A stretch of 62,314 bases of DNA, filler included, from Squatina squatina (GCA_031763465.1; 3 parts of 3 records of this genome joined end to end with filler, not necessarily neighbours in it), one strand, 5' to 3'. Shown: positions 35,291-48,147, numbered from the whole stretch's first letter. Translations and numbers: made by a program. Notes: generated from the letters alone by a model not told the origin.

Positions 35291-36489
35291 AGTTGTTTGG
35301 GACATATGTGGTTATGAGATTCTAAGCATTAGAAACCACTTGCATATTCATAGAATGGAATCAGTTTCCCAATGCATTCTGAGTAAATGTACCAATCACC
35401 ATATGTGCAGTTGACTAAGCCCAGTTTCCTTGAAAGCCCAGATGCAGTGCAGAACATTTTNNNNNNNNNNNNNNNNNNNNNNNNNNNNNNNNNNNNNNNN
35501 NNNNNNNNNNNNNNNNNNNNNNNNNNNNNNNNNNNNNNNNNNNNNNNNNNNNNNNNNNNNAAAGACGGCATCTCCGACAGTACAACACTCCCTCAGTACG
35601 GCACTGGAGTGTCAGCCTGGCTTCTGTGCTCAGGTCTTGTTGCTCAGTTGATTCAACACAGACCAGGGATAGAACCTGGGACAGTTCTGATCTGTATGGC
35701 ACAGTATGCCTACAATGCTTGTATTCTATTACACCTGATTGCTTTTGCTTGAGCCATTCTTCCGGACAATATCCCCCCAGTCCCCAGTGAGATATGGCTG
35801 ACACCAGAAAAAAGAATAACACAGATCCAAGAGAATTCCAGTGCCAACCCACTTCCTCTTCACTCTAGTTGTACCAATTTGGCTGAAAAACAATCAGGCT
35901 CTCATCCAGTTGTTTCCCTATGGAGTATATATCTAGAACAGAAAGCCAGGCATTATCAGAACCACATGTGCATGCTTCTCTCTCATCATAGTACAGCAGT
36001 TTAACCTGCCTAGAGCTGAACTAGTACTGTTTTACCAGCGCACATTAAAGTTGCGGCGGCTTACTGAAAACAGCCACCCATACATTTTTTGAAGTTTGTA
36101 AAGTGCCAGGAGTAGTTCCTTTATGCAGATTTGGTGAGGGATTTATCCACAGGAAGCGTCTCTACTTTCATCTGGTAGTGCCACAGTGAGAGTATGACAG
36201 TTTCAAATTGGGAGCACAGCAAGACTCTTCCTTTACCTCGATCAATCTGTTCCAGGAACTGCTCATGGTCCTTTGTATATTGCGTAAGTACAGGCAATTT
36301 CACCCGGTCACCATAGCCCTAATGTGCCTTGTTATTGTAGAGAAATCTAGAATCAGCAGACACCAGATAAGGACAGGAACAGTTAAACTCTACCATAATA
36401 TTTTATAAGATCTGGTTCCATCTGTGCTTTAAAATCATGACAGCTTTAGCTGATCTTAGTTTGCTGTGGTACTTTGCCACACAGACCAT

Positions 36490-36690
36490 AAGTTCTCAGC
36501 TTTGATGTCACATCTGTGCTGTTTGATCTGATCTCAGCTAAGGCAGTGGCTGTGGGTTCTACAAATGGCCTAAGAGCCTTTGAACAAGGATAGGAGGATA
36601 CAAGTCAGGGTTCCTGCTCTCGATCACCATCCAGTGACTCTGGCAGTGGGTATATGTGGTCATTGGCTGAGGACAGTGTTGGGCTTGGAC
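36490..36690 (+). mobile_element. Old tRNA-SINE-like repeat (family unassigned)
   Basis: ctgatctcagc..tacaaatggcct..cagggttcctgctctcgatcaccatccagtgac..tgaggacag; related pieces at about 13280-13440, 17585-17660, 24540-24610 and 51980-52090. Confidence 0.5.
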
Positions 36691-39600
36691 GTGACAAGTG
36701 GGAGATGTTTTGTCAGACTGCGGGAATGTGTTGAGTGTAGCGAAGGATCAGAGCTTGAACTTCCGTTGGTTCTTATCTACATAAAAGGCCTGGATAGAAA
36801 AGAAACTGTGGGTTTGTAAATTTTGCATGCAACACAAATGCAGAGTGCAGCAGAGATGGAGCAATCAGTTAACTGGACTTTGATCACTCATGCAAACAGC
36901 AAATTTAATTTAGTACTNNNNNNNNNNNNNNNNNNNNNNNNNNNNNNNNNNNNNNNNNNNNNNNNNNNNNNNNNNNNNNNNNNNNNNNNNNNNNNNNNNN
37001 NNNNNNNNNNNNNNNNNNNNNNNNNNNNNNNNNNNNNNNNNNNNNNNNNNNNNNNNNNNNNNNNNNNNNNNNNNNNNNNNNNNNNNNNNNNNNNNNNNNN
37101 NNNNNNNNNNNNNNNNNNNNNNNNNNNNNNNNNNNNNNNNNNNNNNNNNNNNNNNNNNNNNNNNNNNNNNNNNNNNNNNNNNNNNNNNNNNNNNNNNNNN
37201 NNNNNNNNNNNNNNNNNNNNNNNNNNNNNNNNNNNNNNNNNNNNNNNNNNNNNNNNNNNNNNNNNNNNNNNNNNNNNNNNNNNNNNNNNNNNNNNNNNNN
37301 NNNNNNNNNNNNNNNNNNNNNNNNNNNNNNNNNNNNNNNNNNNNNNNNNNNNNNNNNNNNNNNNNNNNNNNNNNNNNNNNNNNNNNNNNNNNNNNNNNNN
37401 NNNNNNNNNNNNNNNNNNNNNNNNNNNNNNNNNNNNNNNNNNNNNNNNNNNNNNNNNNNNNNNNNNNNNNNNNNNNNNNNNNNNNNNNNNNNNNNNNNNN
37501 NNNNNNNNNNNNNNNNNNNNNNNNNNNNNNNNNNNNNNNNNNNNNNNNNNNNNNNNNNGTGTATTATTGTAAAGTCTGGCAGTGGTATTAGAGTACTACC
37601 ACTCTCAGCATCAATTACTTGCTTGAGTTTTACTAGTTCTCCTGTTAGTAATTTAGGTTGGAAAATTTCTTTAATGATCAGCACATTAAGTACACAAAAT
37701 GCTGCCAAACTTCAAGCATGCTTTTAGAAGTCTAATCATTTTTGCGTGAAATACGATTTTCTTAAGTGTTTTCTGCTATTACTGTTCAGATTAAATTGCC
37801 GTGTGAATGATTAAATGCAGTATAAAGATTTGCAAATTGACTGTTTCATTCTGAAGATTAAAAATCCCCAGCCAAGCATAGCATTTCTTGGCAAAACAGC
37901 GATGCGCTTATCAGATTCGAATGCACCAGCGGTGGGTAAGAGAAAAATTCTGATCTTGTGCTATTTTCAGATGTCCCACGGAAACATTACTGACCCTGTA
38001 AAAATTTTCAATAATAATAAAAATAATAGAGCAGCAATCCTCTTACAGCAACCACAAATGACTACAATGGCTAGGAACTATTTTTATCCATAGGTTCATC
38101 CAAGTACTTCAAATTAGATTTGCTGAGTTTTTTTGAGAAGCCGAGGTGAAGGAACAAGCAGANNNNNNNNNNNNNNNNNNNNNNNNNNNNNNNNNNNNNN
38201 NNNNNNNNNNNNNNNNNNNNNNNNNNNNNNNNNNNNNNNNGATAAAATTAAAGGGTCTGCCAACCGTTTCAGGACACTGGAACATTTTTGTAGCCCTTAG
38301 CAGTATCTATGAGAGTCGACTTTGCTTTGTGAATCTGTTTTAAAGACCAGACTACATCGTATCAAACTAGTGGCTTACTTTTCTTATAATTTTAAATCTG
38401 ATGGTTAAATTTGTGCTAAACTTTGTAAGGAAACTTGGTCAAAGATCTACGGAAAAAAGATGTTTAAAAGAACGTCAAATTTTAAGACAGTTCAAATAAA
38501 CAGCACCCTTAAGTACTTTGAGCGAATGAATACAGCAGCTGTGCGGGAAAATGGAGCAATCATTGAAAAATAGATATCATTTCCATATTTCTGGCATATG
38601 TATAAATATATATGTATATGCATATACATAATCTCCCCACACTTGTCAGCTGAGACAGCAGATATTGCGTTCTGAATGAGGTGGCAGGATCAGAGCTCAA
38701 TTAGGATAAAGAGCCTCAGAAGAGCCTCATGTTTTATGCAGAGACTCGAGGACCTTTGCTTGTATTGATTTGTTAATGTGTACTGTGTGTTTAGCTGCTG
38801 TGCTTTAGAAACTGGCTCCGAGCTTGCATTCCAAGCAGAGAGGGTTAAAGAGAGTAAAAAACACACACACAAAGAGCAGCAGCATATTCAGGGAGATCAT
38901 TTAAAACAGCAGAATATCCAAATCCCCCATGTTTTGCCCTTCTCTTATGCTGTTAAGCTATCGATTGTCCATACCCCAGTTGAAGGATGACGTCTCCAGG
39001 GCTCTGCCAAGGCCCAGATACCAGGACTGCCCGAGAGCGGCCCTGAGCACTGATTTTTCTTTCCTCTCAAAAACCTCGCTTTCACTTAGATTCTCCCCAG
39101 GATATTGCCTGAGCCAAGATCACAAACTAACTGCGAAGAAAGCCTATTACTACCGAGCTTTATTTTAAAGAAGAGAAATTTTGATATCCAGCCTCACTCA
39201 TCACTGAGTGTAATTTTTTTTTTAAATATTCGTTCCTGGGTTGTGGGCATCGCTGGCAAGGCCAANNNNNNNNNNNNNNNNNNNNNNNNNNNNNNNNNNN
39301 NNNNNNNNNNNNNNNNNNNNNNNNNNNNNNNNNNNNNNNNNNNNNNNNNNNNNNNNNNNNNNNNNCCAGTGCGGAGCAGCTGGTGGCAAAGTAGCAATAA
39401 TCTGGCAACACTGGCAACTTTCTCTTCTGCTGAGAGGTGCTACTGTGAGAGCGTTTTCAGTAAGTAAAAAAAAAGATTTCACAAGATGACAACAAGCTTG
39501 AATGAGCTGCTTGTATTTTTCTTTTATGGGCTCAGCGTATTATATTTAAAATACAACGTTGCCTTAGAAATGCTTTCATTTAAATACTATATATTTTTTT

Positions 39601-41354
39601 ACTTTTTTGCCTTGCATGTTTGCTGGTAAGACAGAGGGAGTTTAGAGGGAAAAGCAACAAAAAAAATTAAAATAAAGAGGATGAAAGATGTTCACTGGAT
39701 TGTCATGAAATGTGCGGGTGTGGTTGAAGCTGTATTGCTGGGTGAAAGTGAAGAAAGCACTGCACTGCTAGACAATTAGCTCGGATTCTCATCTTTTTTT
39801 GTAGTGCTGGTCTTGTGTTTAGGGGTCACAGAAGCTGGTGACCCAGTGTCAGCAGTTCTGCATGGAAGCTATTATGCATTCCTGATTGATTAGATTTAGC
39901 GGAAATCCTCTTGCTTTTTCCTCTTTTTTTCTCTCTGCTAGTGCTCCATTACTTCAAAAAACCTTCAGATCAGGGGCTGCTTAGCTTATCACTGCTCGTT
40001 GCTAATTGCTAATCTTCCAACACTGTTTATTAGGAGGGCATGACTGTTAGTCAGCTTCAAGAGAGCTTTTAAGCAAATATAAATGCATGCTGAAGGGGAA
40101 TTTTTTAAATTCAGCTGCCAACAGTTGTAGAGTATCCTGTTTTCTTTATTTCTCCAAACATGATGCTTTTAGAGTCAGGAGTGGGTGGACTGAAGGCTAA
40201 GTGTTGAAACTGAGATTCAGTGCATTTGAGATGGAGAGACTTCAGGACTGTCTGTCCCTTTGGACTGACCTTTTTATTTTCCAGTAAAGACAGAAGCCTT
40301 CCTGGATACTGCAGTGTTATCATTTAATAGGAATGACAGCCCATTTACTCATTTGTTTTGTGGAAAAGTCTATCAGGTAATTCATTATGTGCTTTAATTT
40401 TAATGAGCGCTATAATTCAAAATCGGGTGGCATGATCCGAGTCATTCTGTTTCACTAATTCACTGCAATCATCTGCACAGGCAGGTGTTTATATGAAAAA
40501 TGTCATATTGTTTACAAGGATCATNNNNNNNNNNNNNNNNNNNNNNNNNNNNNNNNNNNNNNNNNNNNNNNNNNNNNNNNNNNNNNNNNNNNNNNNNNNN
40601 NNNNNNNNNNNNNNNNNNNNNNNNGAGGCATTACTTAAAAAAAAAAAGGGACCAAATAACATAACATATATAATTAAAATATAACTGCAAGGTTACAGAA
40701 TAGATTCAGAAGGAAAAGGCCCTTTGGACTACTCCTTACCAAGTGTCAACCATACCACCTTCTCATGACAGCATCTACCTGTTTCATAAAGGAGTTCAGT
40801 GTCTTGGTCTCAACAGCCCTTCCTGGTATGGTAACTTAATCCAGCCATTGATCACACTCTCCAAATACTAAAGAGTGAAAGACTGCCTGCAAACATAGGA
40901 CAACCGGGGTAACCTCAATTAAAAAAAAAAAAACCAACATCTCTGATTGTGGTTTTCAGAATGCTCTTCATATTTGTACCATATTGCTCAAGCAGCTTTA
41001 AGTTAGGTGCCACCTGGAAGATGGATATTTCTTTGTTCAGATGCGCATTCACTGTACCTGATGTGCATTGTGTGATAGGTTGATTGATGCATTTGGTGGT
41101 ATGATGAACAACTGATGTGCACTCACACTATTGCAAACCAGAGGTGACTAACTGATTCCAGGTTGGAGCAGATTTCAGTATCTCTTGATGTGCTTTGTGT
41201 GTCAAGAGAAATAGACTGATTTGACTCATCTGAAAATTACCAAGCAGCTTTCAAATGCTTGCAGCTAAGTTTAAGGAGGCCATGTTGCCTTTTTTCAGGA
41301 GCATGCTCATTGCTCATGACTGCCGGCTCTGAAAACTCGTCATGATGTCTGCCA

Positions 41355-41556
41355 TGAGGAAAGGTTGAGCCTATACTGATTGGAGTTTAGAAGAATGAGA
41401 GGTGATCTTATTGAAACATAAGATTCTGAGGGGGCTTAACAGGATAAATGCTAAGAGAATATTTCCCCTCGTGGGGGAATCTAGAACTAGGGGGAATAAT
41501 CTCAGAATAAGGGGTCACCCATTTAATATAGAGATGAGGAGGAATTTCCTCTGAGG
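41355..41556 (+). mobile_element. CR1 LINE 3' fragment
   Basis: gagtttagaagaatgagaggtgatcttattgaaacataagattctgagggggctt (RRMRGDLIET..ILRG). Confidence 0.85.
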
Positions 41557-42352
41557 NNNNNNNNNNNNNNNNNNNNNNNNNNNNNNNNNNNNNNNNNNNN
41601 NNNNNNNNNNNNNNNNNNNNNNNNNNNNNNNNNNNNNNNNNNNNNNNNNNNNNNNNTCCTGGTTCCCTGTCTGTGAGAATTCTGGAATGTCATTGGCTGC
41701 TTCGACAACTTGTTGATGTCACATCAGTTTGCGCTATGGGATCTCCACTAAACTACACTGATTTCAACCGCACGTCGGAAAGACCGAACTTCTCACCATA
41801 GAGATCGCAAGATCTTTGTAGGAAGCTTACTTCAGGGCCAGCGGCGAACGCCTTTGCTTTGCTGCTGACTGCAAATTATGGGCCACTNNNNNNNNNNGGG
41901 ATGAGAACTGATTAAACAGTCACAAGATTTACAACTAGATAGATAGTTAAAGTGCAACAGTTGCACTGCAGGGGTTAAGGCCATTTTAGAATGGGACTTT
42001 TGACACTTACTAATAGATGTAAATTTATTATATAAGATATGTGAGTTATTATTTTAGAATTTCCACATGTGCAATGTCTACCCTAGAACAATGAAACTAC
42101 TTTATTTGAATAATGACAAAGCTTTATTTAAAACAATCATGTAACATATACCTAGATGAATGATTTTAGACATTAATGTAATACATATCATTATAATATA
42201 TTTATTATGCTGATAATAATAACTGTTGTGATATAAGTCAATTGCATTTATCATTGTACTACATGCAACAGTGAAATTTCTTTCACATAGGAAAGGTGGT
42301 ATTGGAGAGTCGTTGAAGTGGTTGAAGCTTGTGCAAGTGGGATTATCAATTT

Positions 42353-42545
42353 AATGCCAATCAGTGCCAAATCAGGGGTAGCTTAGTGCTGTTGGCCCAT
42401 TCTCACTTGGAACTGGAATAAGACTGCCAAAACACATTTGATGTGAAACAGCCTGCAGAAAGAGAGGAGACATTCATTCCATTCGTGTGTTAGATTTAAC
42501 TCTGGGTCCCAGAGGTGAAAGGACAGCATACGGCAATCCACTGCA
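42353..42545 (-). mobile_element. LF-SINE-like ancient SINE copy
   Basis: Minus strand GTGGATTG..CCTTTCACCTCTGGG..AAATC..GGCTGTT..AAATGTGTT..GTCTTATTCCAGTTCCAAGTG..TTGGCACTGATTGGCA follows the order of LF-SINE consensus blocks as recalled. Confidence 0.6.
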
Positions 42546-43327
42546 CCACCCAGTATCCCGCCTAACTCCTCCCGCCTCAGTTGTTTTTGTTTTTGAAATG
42601 ATTCTATTTGGCAAATTGCTAGTGATGGAATAATAATATTAACAATTCCATTTCCAACAAAGCTAAATAGAAACATACANNNNNNNNNNNNNNNNNNNNN
42701 NNNNNNNNNNNNNNNNNNNNNNNNNNNNNNNNNNNNNNNNNNNNNNNNNNNNNNNNNNNNNNNNNNNNNNNNNNNNNNNGATATGAACCCTGACGTTCTA
42801 GGATTTTTAGGGAGGGCAATTGATTGATCTAATTGATTAGTCTGACTCATTAACTTTAGTCTGGTTGGATCATATGTTTTATATCAAACTCATCCCCTTT
42901 AAAGTTTGCTCAGGTTGCAGCCAAGCATGCTCTAGACAAAATTGGTCTTTTAACCCACCACCAACCTTTTCATTTCCTGTAGAGCTGGAACATATCTGTA
43001 GGAATTTACGCCTTATCTCCCTAACTGGAGCCATATCTGCCAAGAATTTTTAAGTGTAGTAGGCACTACAAGCTTGCACATTCCTCCATGGACACCAACA
43101 TTTATGCAACAAAGTTAATTTTGTCTTATGAAGTGGACACATTAACTATTAAGGTTTCCACTGAATTTTCACCAGCAAAGCAAACCTCAAAACCTATGAT
43201 TGCATGTCTGTTGGATCTTTTAGAAATTTGCAAAATAGACCATTTTACGTATGCAGGGCTAGAAGTCAAGAGTTTGTGCTCTTNNNNNNNNNNNNNNNNN
43301 NNNNNNNNNNNNNNNNNNNNNNNNNNN

Positions 43328-43339
43328 TTAATTAATTAA
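43328..43339. other. Artificial scaffold-joining linker (stop codons in all six frames)
   Basis: N44-TTAATTAATTAA-N44, identical to 19947-19958. Confidence 0.95.
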
Positions 43340-46300
43340 NNNNNNNNNNNNNNNNNNNNNNNNNNNNNNNNNNNNNNNNNNNNGGATGGGCCTGCAGCTG
43401 GATTTTCTCCATTTCCCCCACAACTGTCAGGTGGGACGCTGAGTCGCTTGCCTTGCCGTGTCTTGCCTTGCCGATTGTGGCATATCACAATGTTCTACAC
43501 ACTCAGCTACGATTCAAATTTCAGGACGGCGCTCTTTGAAAAACAAACCAGGGCTTTACCAATGAGTGACAGTCAGTCAGGTGACCAGCTAACTAAGAAT
43601 TTCAAAGGTAAACAACACATGCTGTGAATTATGAAATGCAGTATTCAGGAGTGAGTTCACAATTTAGAATGAGATATCAGAAAACCTTTATTTAATGGAT
43701 TAAATTAGGAATTATGCCCTCAGTGAATTAAATTATTAGCTTTCCATAACTATCCAAATAACCCCAGTCTAAAACTATGCTAATATTTGATTTATGTAGT
43801 ACTTTATCACATCAAAACCCCTAAAAATCTTTCATATCAACTAAAAAGAAATTAGGGGCTCGGTGCTCTGTGATTCTGCAGAAATTGGCATAAAATGTGT
43901 TTCTCACCACAGAATTTCTCCTCTGCCACAGAATCGGAAGCAGGGGAGCTGGCAGGAGAGACAGGAGAAATGTGAGTGACAGTGTAAGGTGAGAAATAGT
44001 CAGCTTTTACACTCAACCTCTATGCAAAAGTCTCCAACTCTTGGTGAGAGATCTGCAATAACTGCGAGGTTAACAGTAAAATCCAACTGTGTGCCTCGCA
44101 TTCCTGACTCTCCTATTTCTTCCACTCCTGCCAGCTGGTCTCTCAGTTCTGACGCAACCTCTCCCAAACCTGCCGTCATTCCTGGTGGCGGTTGCATTAT
44201 TGCTGCTCCCACGACCTGGGGAGCCTGAGCAAGCCTTGCTGTCGGTGGTGGCCGGCTACAGGCTGGTTTGCTGGGTGAACTTCGGTAGGTATGAGCTGGC
44301 TGGCTGAGTTGACTACACGGATAACTACATGAGCGAGTTACCCGATGTGGGATGCAGAACTCACAGTCCTTAACACCTGCCAAAAAAATTACTGATTTAT
44401 TTCTTTGAAGAATTGCCGGTCCTAATGTGTGTTCTTCTCTTTCAGCTAAAGCCCTGCCAGAGCTGCTCCTGCTCTCATTCTGAACTCTCACTGCTCTGAA
44501 AGCTGTTATTCACCATTTGCCTTGACATTTCCAAATCTCATCGATGGAACAACAACTTCATTCATGACCTTTTTAGTGTTGGATTTTTGAAGCTCGAAGA
44601 GAAAGCTGTGAAATAATAGGTAACTTTGCCAAGTCATATCAAGCTTCTGAGAACTACATTTCCATGTCTCAATACAAATAGAGAGCTTGAGTTTAAGACA
44701 TGTTTAATTATATATTCACTTGAAGTATTCAAACAATTAGGAGGAAAAAAAACAGTTCACTAAAAATTCCACTCGGACACTGCTCCACAGGTTGCGGGAA
44801 AAGCACAGTGGCACTGGTACAAGTAAAAAACAAAAAACACTTCAAATGCTGGAGATCAGAGNNNNNNNNNNNNNNNNNNNNNNNNNNNNNNNNNNNNNNN
44901 NNNNNNNNNNNNNNNNNNNNNNNNNNNNNNNNNNNNNNNNNNNNNNNNNNNNNNNNNNNNNCAAAATGGGCACCTATTCAAATCCAGCCCAGAGTTGGCT
45001 GCCAAACAGATGCTCAAACTCCACCAGATTATTTTCTCTCTGTACTTTTGAGATGTAATGATAACGTGCTGCTTCACACAAAACAATGTTGCAGTGGCCA
45101 GGTGTGCTGTAACAGAAATAATGAGGCTCCACATCAGAACCATTTATTTGAACAGAAATACTCTACATAATTCATGCAATGTTAATGATGTAAAATGGAT
45201 GAAGGCAGCAATTAGCAGTCATGGAATGATAATGAGAGATATTTTAAGCACTGATCAGGGAGTTGAAGAACACCTCCGATGTGAGATCTGATTTTGACAT
45301 ATTGCATTATTACAGCAATTTATGAACCCTCAACATGCAAATTTCCAGCAGTACTTCGAATCAGACTCTTACAGCACAGAAGGAGGCCATGTGACCCACC
45401 ATGCCTGTGCCATCCTTTGGAAAGTTTAAGTTCTATTGTCACTCTGCAGCCGGAAGATTGGGAGCACTGACCGACTGGGAGCCCCGAGTATAAATCCCAG
45501 TTTTAACTGATTTATCGATGCATATTTTTCCCACCTATACAGTTGGGAAAAGAATGTCCCTTTTATTATCATTGTCCTTCTCTTTCTCCAAGTGTTCTGG
45601 TCAATAAGTCGGTTGGTAATAGATCACGAGTCTCCATCTCCTGTTTGGTCTGACTCCCAGAGGAGTTGGAAGCCCACCACCTGCATCTAAATTACCCTAT
45701 CAGAGATGTCCTCTAATTGGAAAGCGTATGTACATAATTTATCACAATAGAAATCAGGTAATATAGTTGTATTTGATAAAAAAACAGTGCATTGTTTGTT
45801 TCCTCCTGGCCACTGGTGGCGCTGTCCCAGGATGTCTCAGCCCGGTCACTCCTCCTCCCGTGCGACAGATGGCGCTGTGGCGAGCGGTGTGTGTGTTTTG
45901 TATATAGAGGTGTGTCTTGCCCGGTACATGCCGTGAGGGTGTGCGGTGGGCTGTGAGCATCCATTTTGTAATATAGTTCTAGTCTGTTCCGAGTTAATAA
46001 AGATTTCTTATTTGCTGGAAGCCCCGCTGTGATGTTTGGTTCCTCCTGGCCACTTGTGGCGCTGTCTNNNNNNNNNNNNNNNNNNNNNNNNNNNNNNNNN
46101 NNNNNNNNNNNNNNNNNNNNNNNNNNNNNNNNNNNNNNNNNNNNNNNNNNNNNNNNNNNNNNNNNNNCATAGCATGCCTTTCTTTGTAAAATCCTGGTTG
46201 ATGACAGTACTTTTCTGCTACACTCACTGGCAGCCTGGAGAAAACCATAAATTTCCGAAAGTTCATTTCATAAAACGTTCCATTTACTTCACAATTTTTA

Positions 46301-46686
46301 GTCCAGATTCAGCATCAACCCAAGCAAAGACTATTACCTTTTCCAGCACCTGAATACAAACTTTGTTGCGGAGCTGCATATAAAGACAGGACAAAAAACA
46401 GTGGTAATATCAAAACCTTAGAATTAGCAGGTGCATCTCTTCAACACGCTTCCATTCAGCAATTCCTAGCAATTCAACCAGTGATTATCTCCACANNNNN
46501 NNNNNCCATTACCAGCTGCTGAAAGATGCACAAGTGACACAGGGCAACTATCCTTCAATTTTCATTCCCTCCTTTCCTTGTCCTTGATTCTGCTAGGCAA
46601 CACTGAATTGAGCAGGTACCTATTTATCTTTCATCACTGAGTATGGATGATGAATGACTCTCTTGATCTGAAATGATTTTTCTTAC

Positions 46687-46787
46687 CATGATTTTTGCTA
46701 GCACACCATCATCACTAGAATCCAAGATAACAACAGCTTTGTCTGTTTCAATTTCACACAATGCATCACCAGCATGAACAGTTTCAC
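46687..46787 (-). CDS. PDHX: Pyruvate dehydrogenase complex component X (E3BP) lipoyl-domain exon (101 bp)
   Basis: tttcctttctCAG| (G)[33 protein letters not shown] |GTAAGA; compare human [38 protein letters not shown]. Lipoyl lysine in ETDKA. Absent from the supplied ORF track. Confidence 0.92.
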
Positions 46788-46842
46788 CTGAGAAAGGAAA
46801 AAAAGGATATCAGAACAATCAACTGTTTTTGTACTTAGAAAT

Positions 46843-47272
46843 AACTTGCATTTATTTAGCGCCTTTCACATCCTCAAGATGTCCCAAAGTATTTTACAGC
46901 AAATGGACTACTTCTGTGAAGGGTCATCACTGTTATGTCAGCAAACACAACAAGTTCCACAAATAGCAATGACATAAATCTCTTGATAATCTGTTTTGGT
47001 GGTGTTGGTTAAGGGATGTGTTTTTTTTTTGACCAGGACACTGGAGAGAATGCCCATTTTCTTATTTGAATAGTGCCATGCAATCTTTTCCCAGAGTGAG
47101 AAGACGGGGCTTCGGTTTAACATTTCATCCGAAAGACGGCACCTCCAACAGTGCAGCACTCCTTCAGTACAGTACTGATGTGAAGGCCTAGATTGTGTGC
47201 TCAAGTCCTATAGTGGAGATTGAACCTATGACCCTCTGACTCAGAGGCATCAGTGCTATCACTGAGCCAAGG
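46843..47272 (-). mobile_element. Near full-length DeuSINE-type SINE (SacSINE1-like) in the PDHX intron
   Basis: Minus-strand tRNA-like head TTGGCTCAGTGATAGCACTGATGCCTCTGAGTCAGAGGGTCATAGGTTCAA (A and B boxes), body GTACTGAAGGAGTGCTGCACTGTTGGAGGTGCCGTCTTTCGGATGA, and tail GTGAAAGGCGCTAAATAAATGCAAGTT. Confidence 0.8.
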
Positions 47273-47646
47273 GTAACATTTTTTTCAACTGAAAGATGCT
47301 AATAACTAATCAGCAATAAATCAGAAGTCATAAATGCTTCTTTCTGATAAAAGCATAAATAATTCTGCTTTTTTTCAAAATAAGCACAAATAATTCTATT
47401 TTTTACTTTTAAAACGGCTTATAATGTTTTCATACAAAGCTATCAATTCACAATTTCTATATTTAAAGACATAGAGCAGAGTTGAAAGATATGGGGGAGA
47501 AAAGGGAAGAGAGAGAAAGGGGATAGCTAACATACACGAGGCAGAACACTGATGTTGCACAGCTTCAATGTTGGGCATTGAGACAGCAAGGGTAAGGCGG
47601 CTGCCCAGCAAACACTGAGGCTACTTGCTTTTTTCCTGACAGCCAA

Positions 47647-47648
<2 letters not shown>

Positions 47649-47678
<30 letters not shown>
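47649..47678. repeat. (GT)n microsatellite
   Basis: About 15 GT units. Confidence 0.95.
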
Positions 47679-47681
<3 letters not shown>

Positions 47682-48147
47682 AGACCCAACACCCACGATA
47701 AAAGTAAATAAAGAACTAAATGAGAAATGTCAATATATATTTTGCATTGAAGTTTTGGTTTAGACGCTGTGAGAGCAAAGTGATAGCGCACCAAATTCAG
47801 CAATATGGCCCAATATGTCCCACCATGAAGATTCTCGTTGGCTGTGCGGCATAAAACAGGATATCAGGCCATTTAAGGGAGACCAATTAGTTTCCTTTAT
47901 CCATAATTTTGCTCTCGTGGCTGAATGCCGACTGCACGCCACAATCCGAACAATTCATACCTCTTGCATTGTTCAAGTCACAATTTGCCTGTTCAACCAG
48001 CATAATCTCTGGTTTTTCAATGTATTTGGCCAGAGATAACAGGACANNNNNNNNNNNNNNNNNNNNNNNNNNNNNNNNNNNNNNNNNNNNNNNNNNNNNN
48101 NNNNNNNNNNNNNNNNNNNNNNNNNNNNNNNNNNNNNNNNNNNNNNA

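Noticed and set aside
46687-46787. DLAT, DLST or DBT lipoyl exon
   Set aside because: [21 protein letters not shown] is the PDHX pattern, and TP53I11 (also 11p) is in the same segment.
47200-47272. tRNA gene (also at about 12330-12390 and 49185-49220)
   Set aside because: These are tRNA-derived SINE heads continuing into SINE bodies; no complete cloverleaf.
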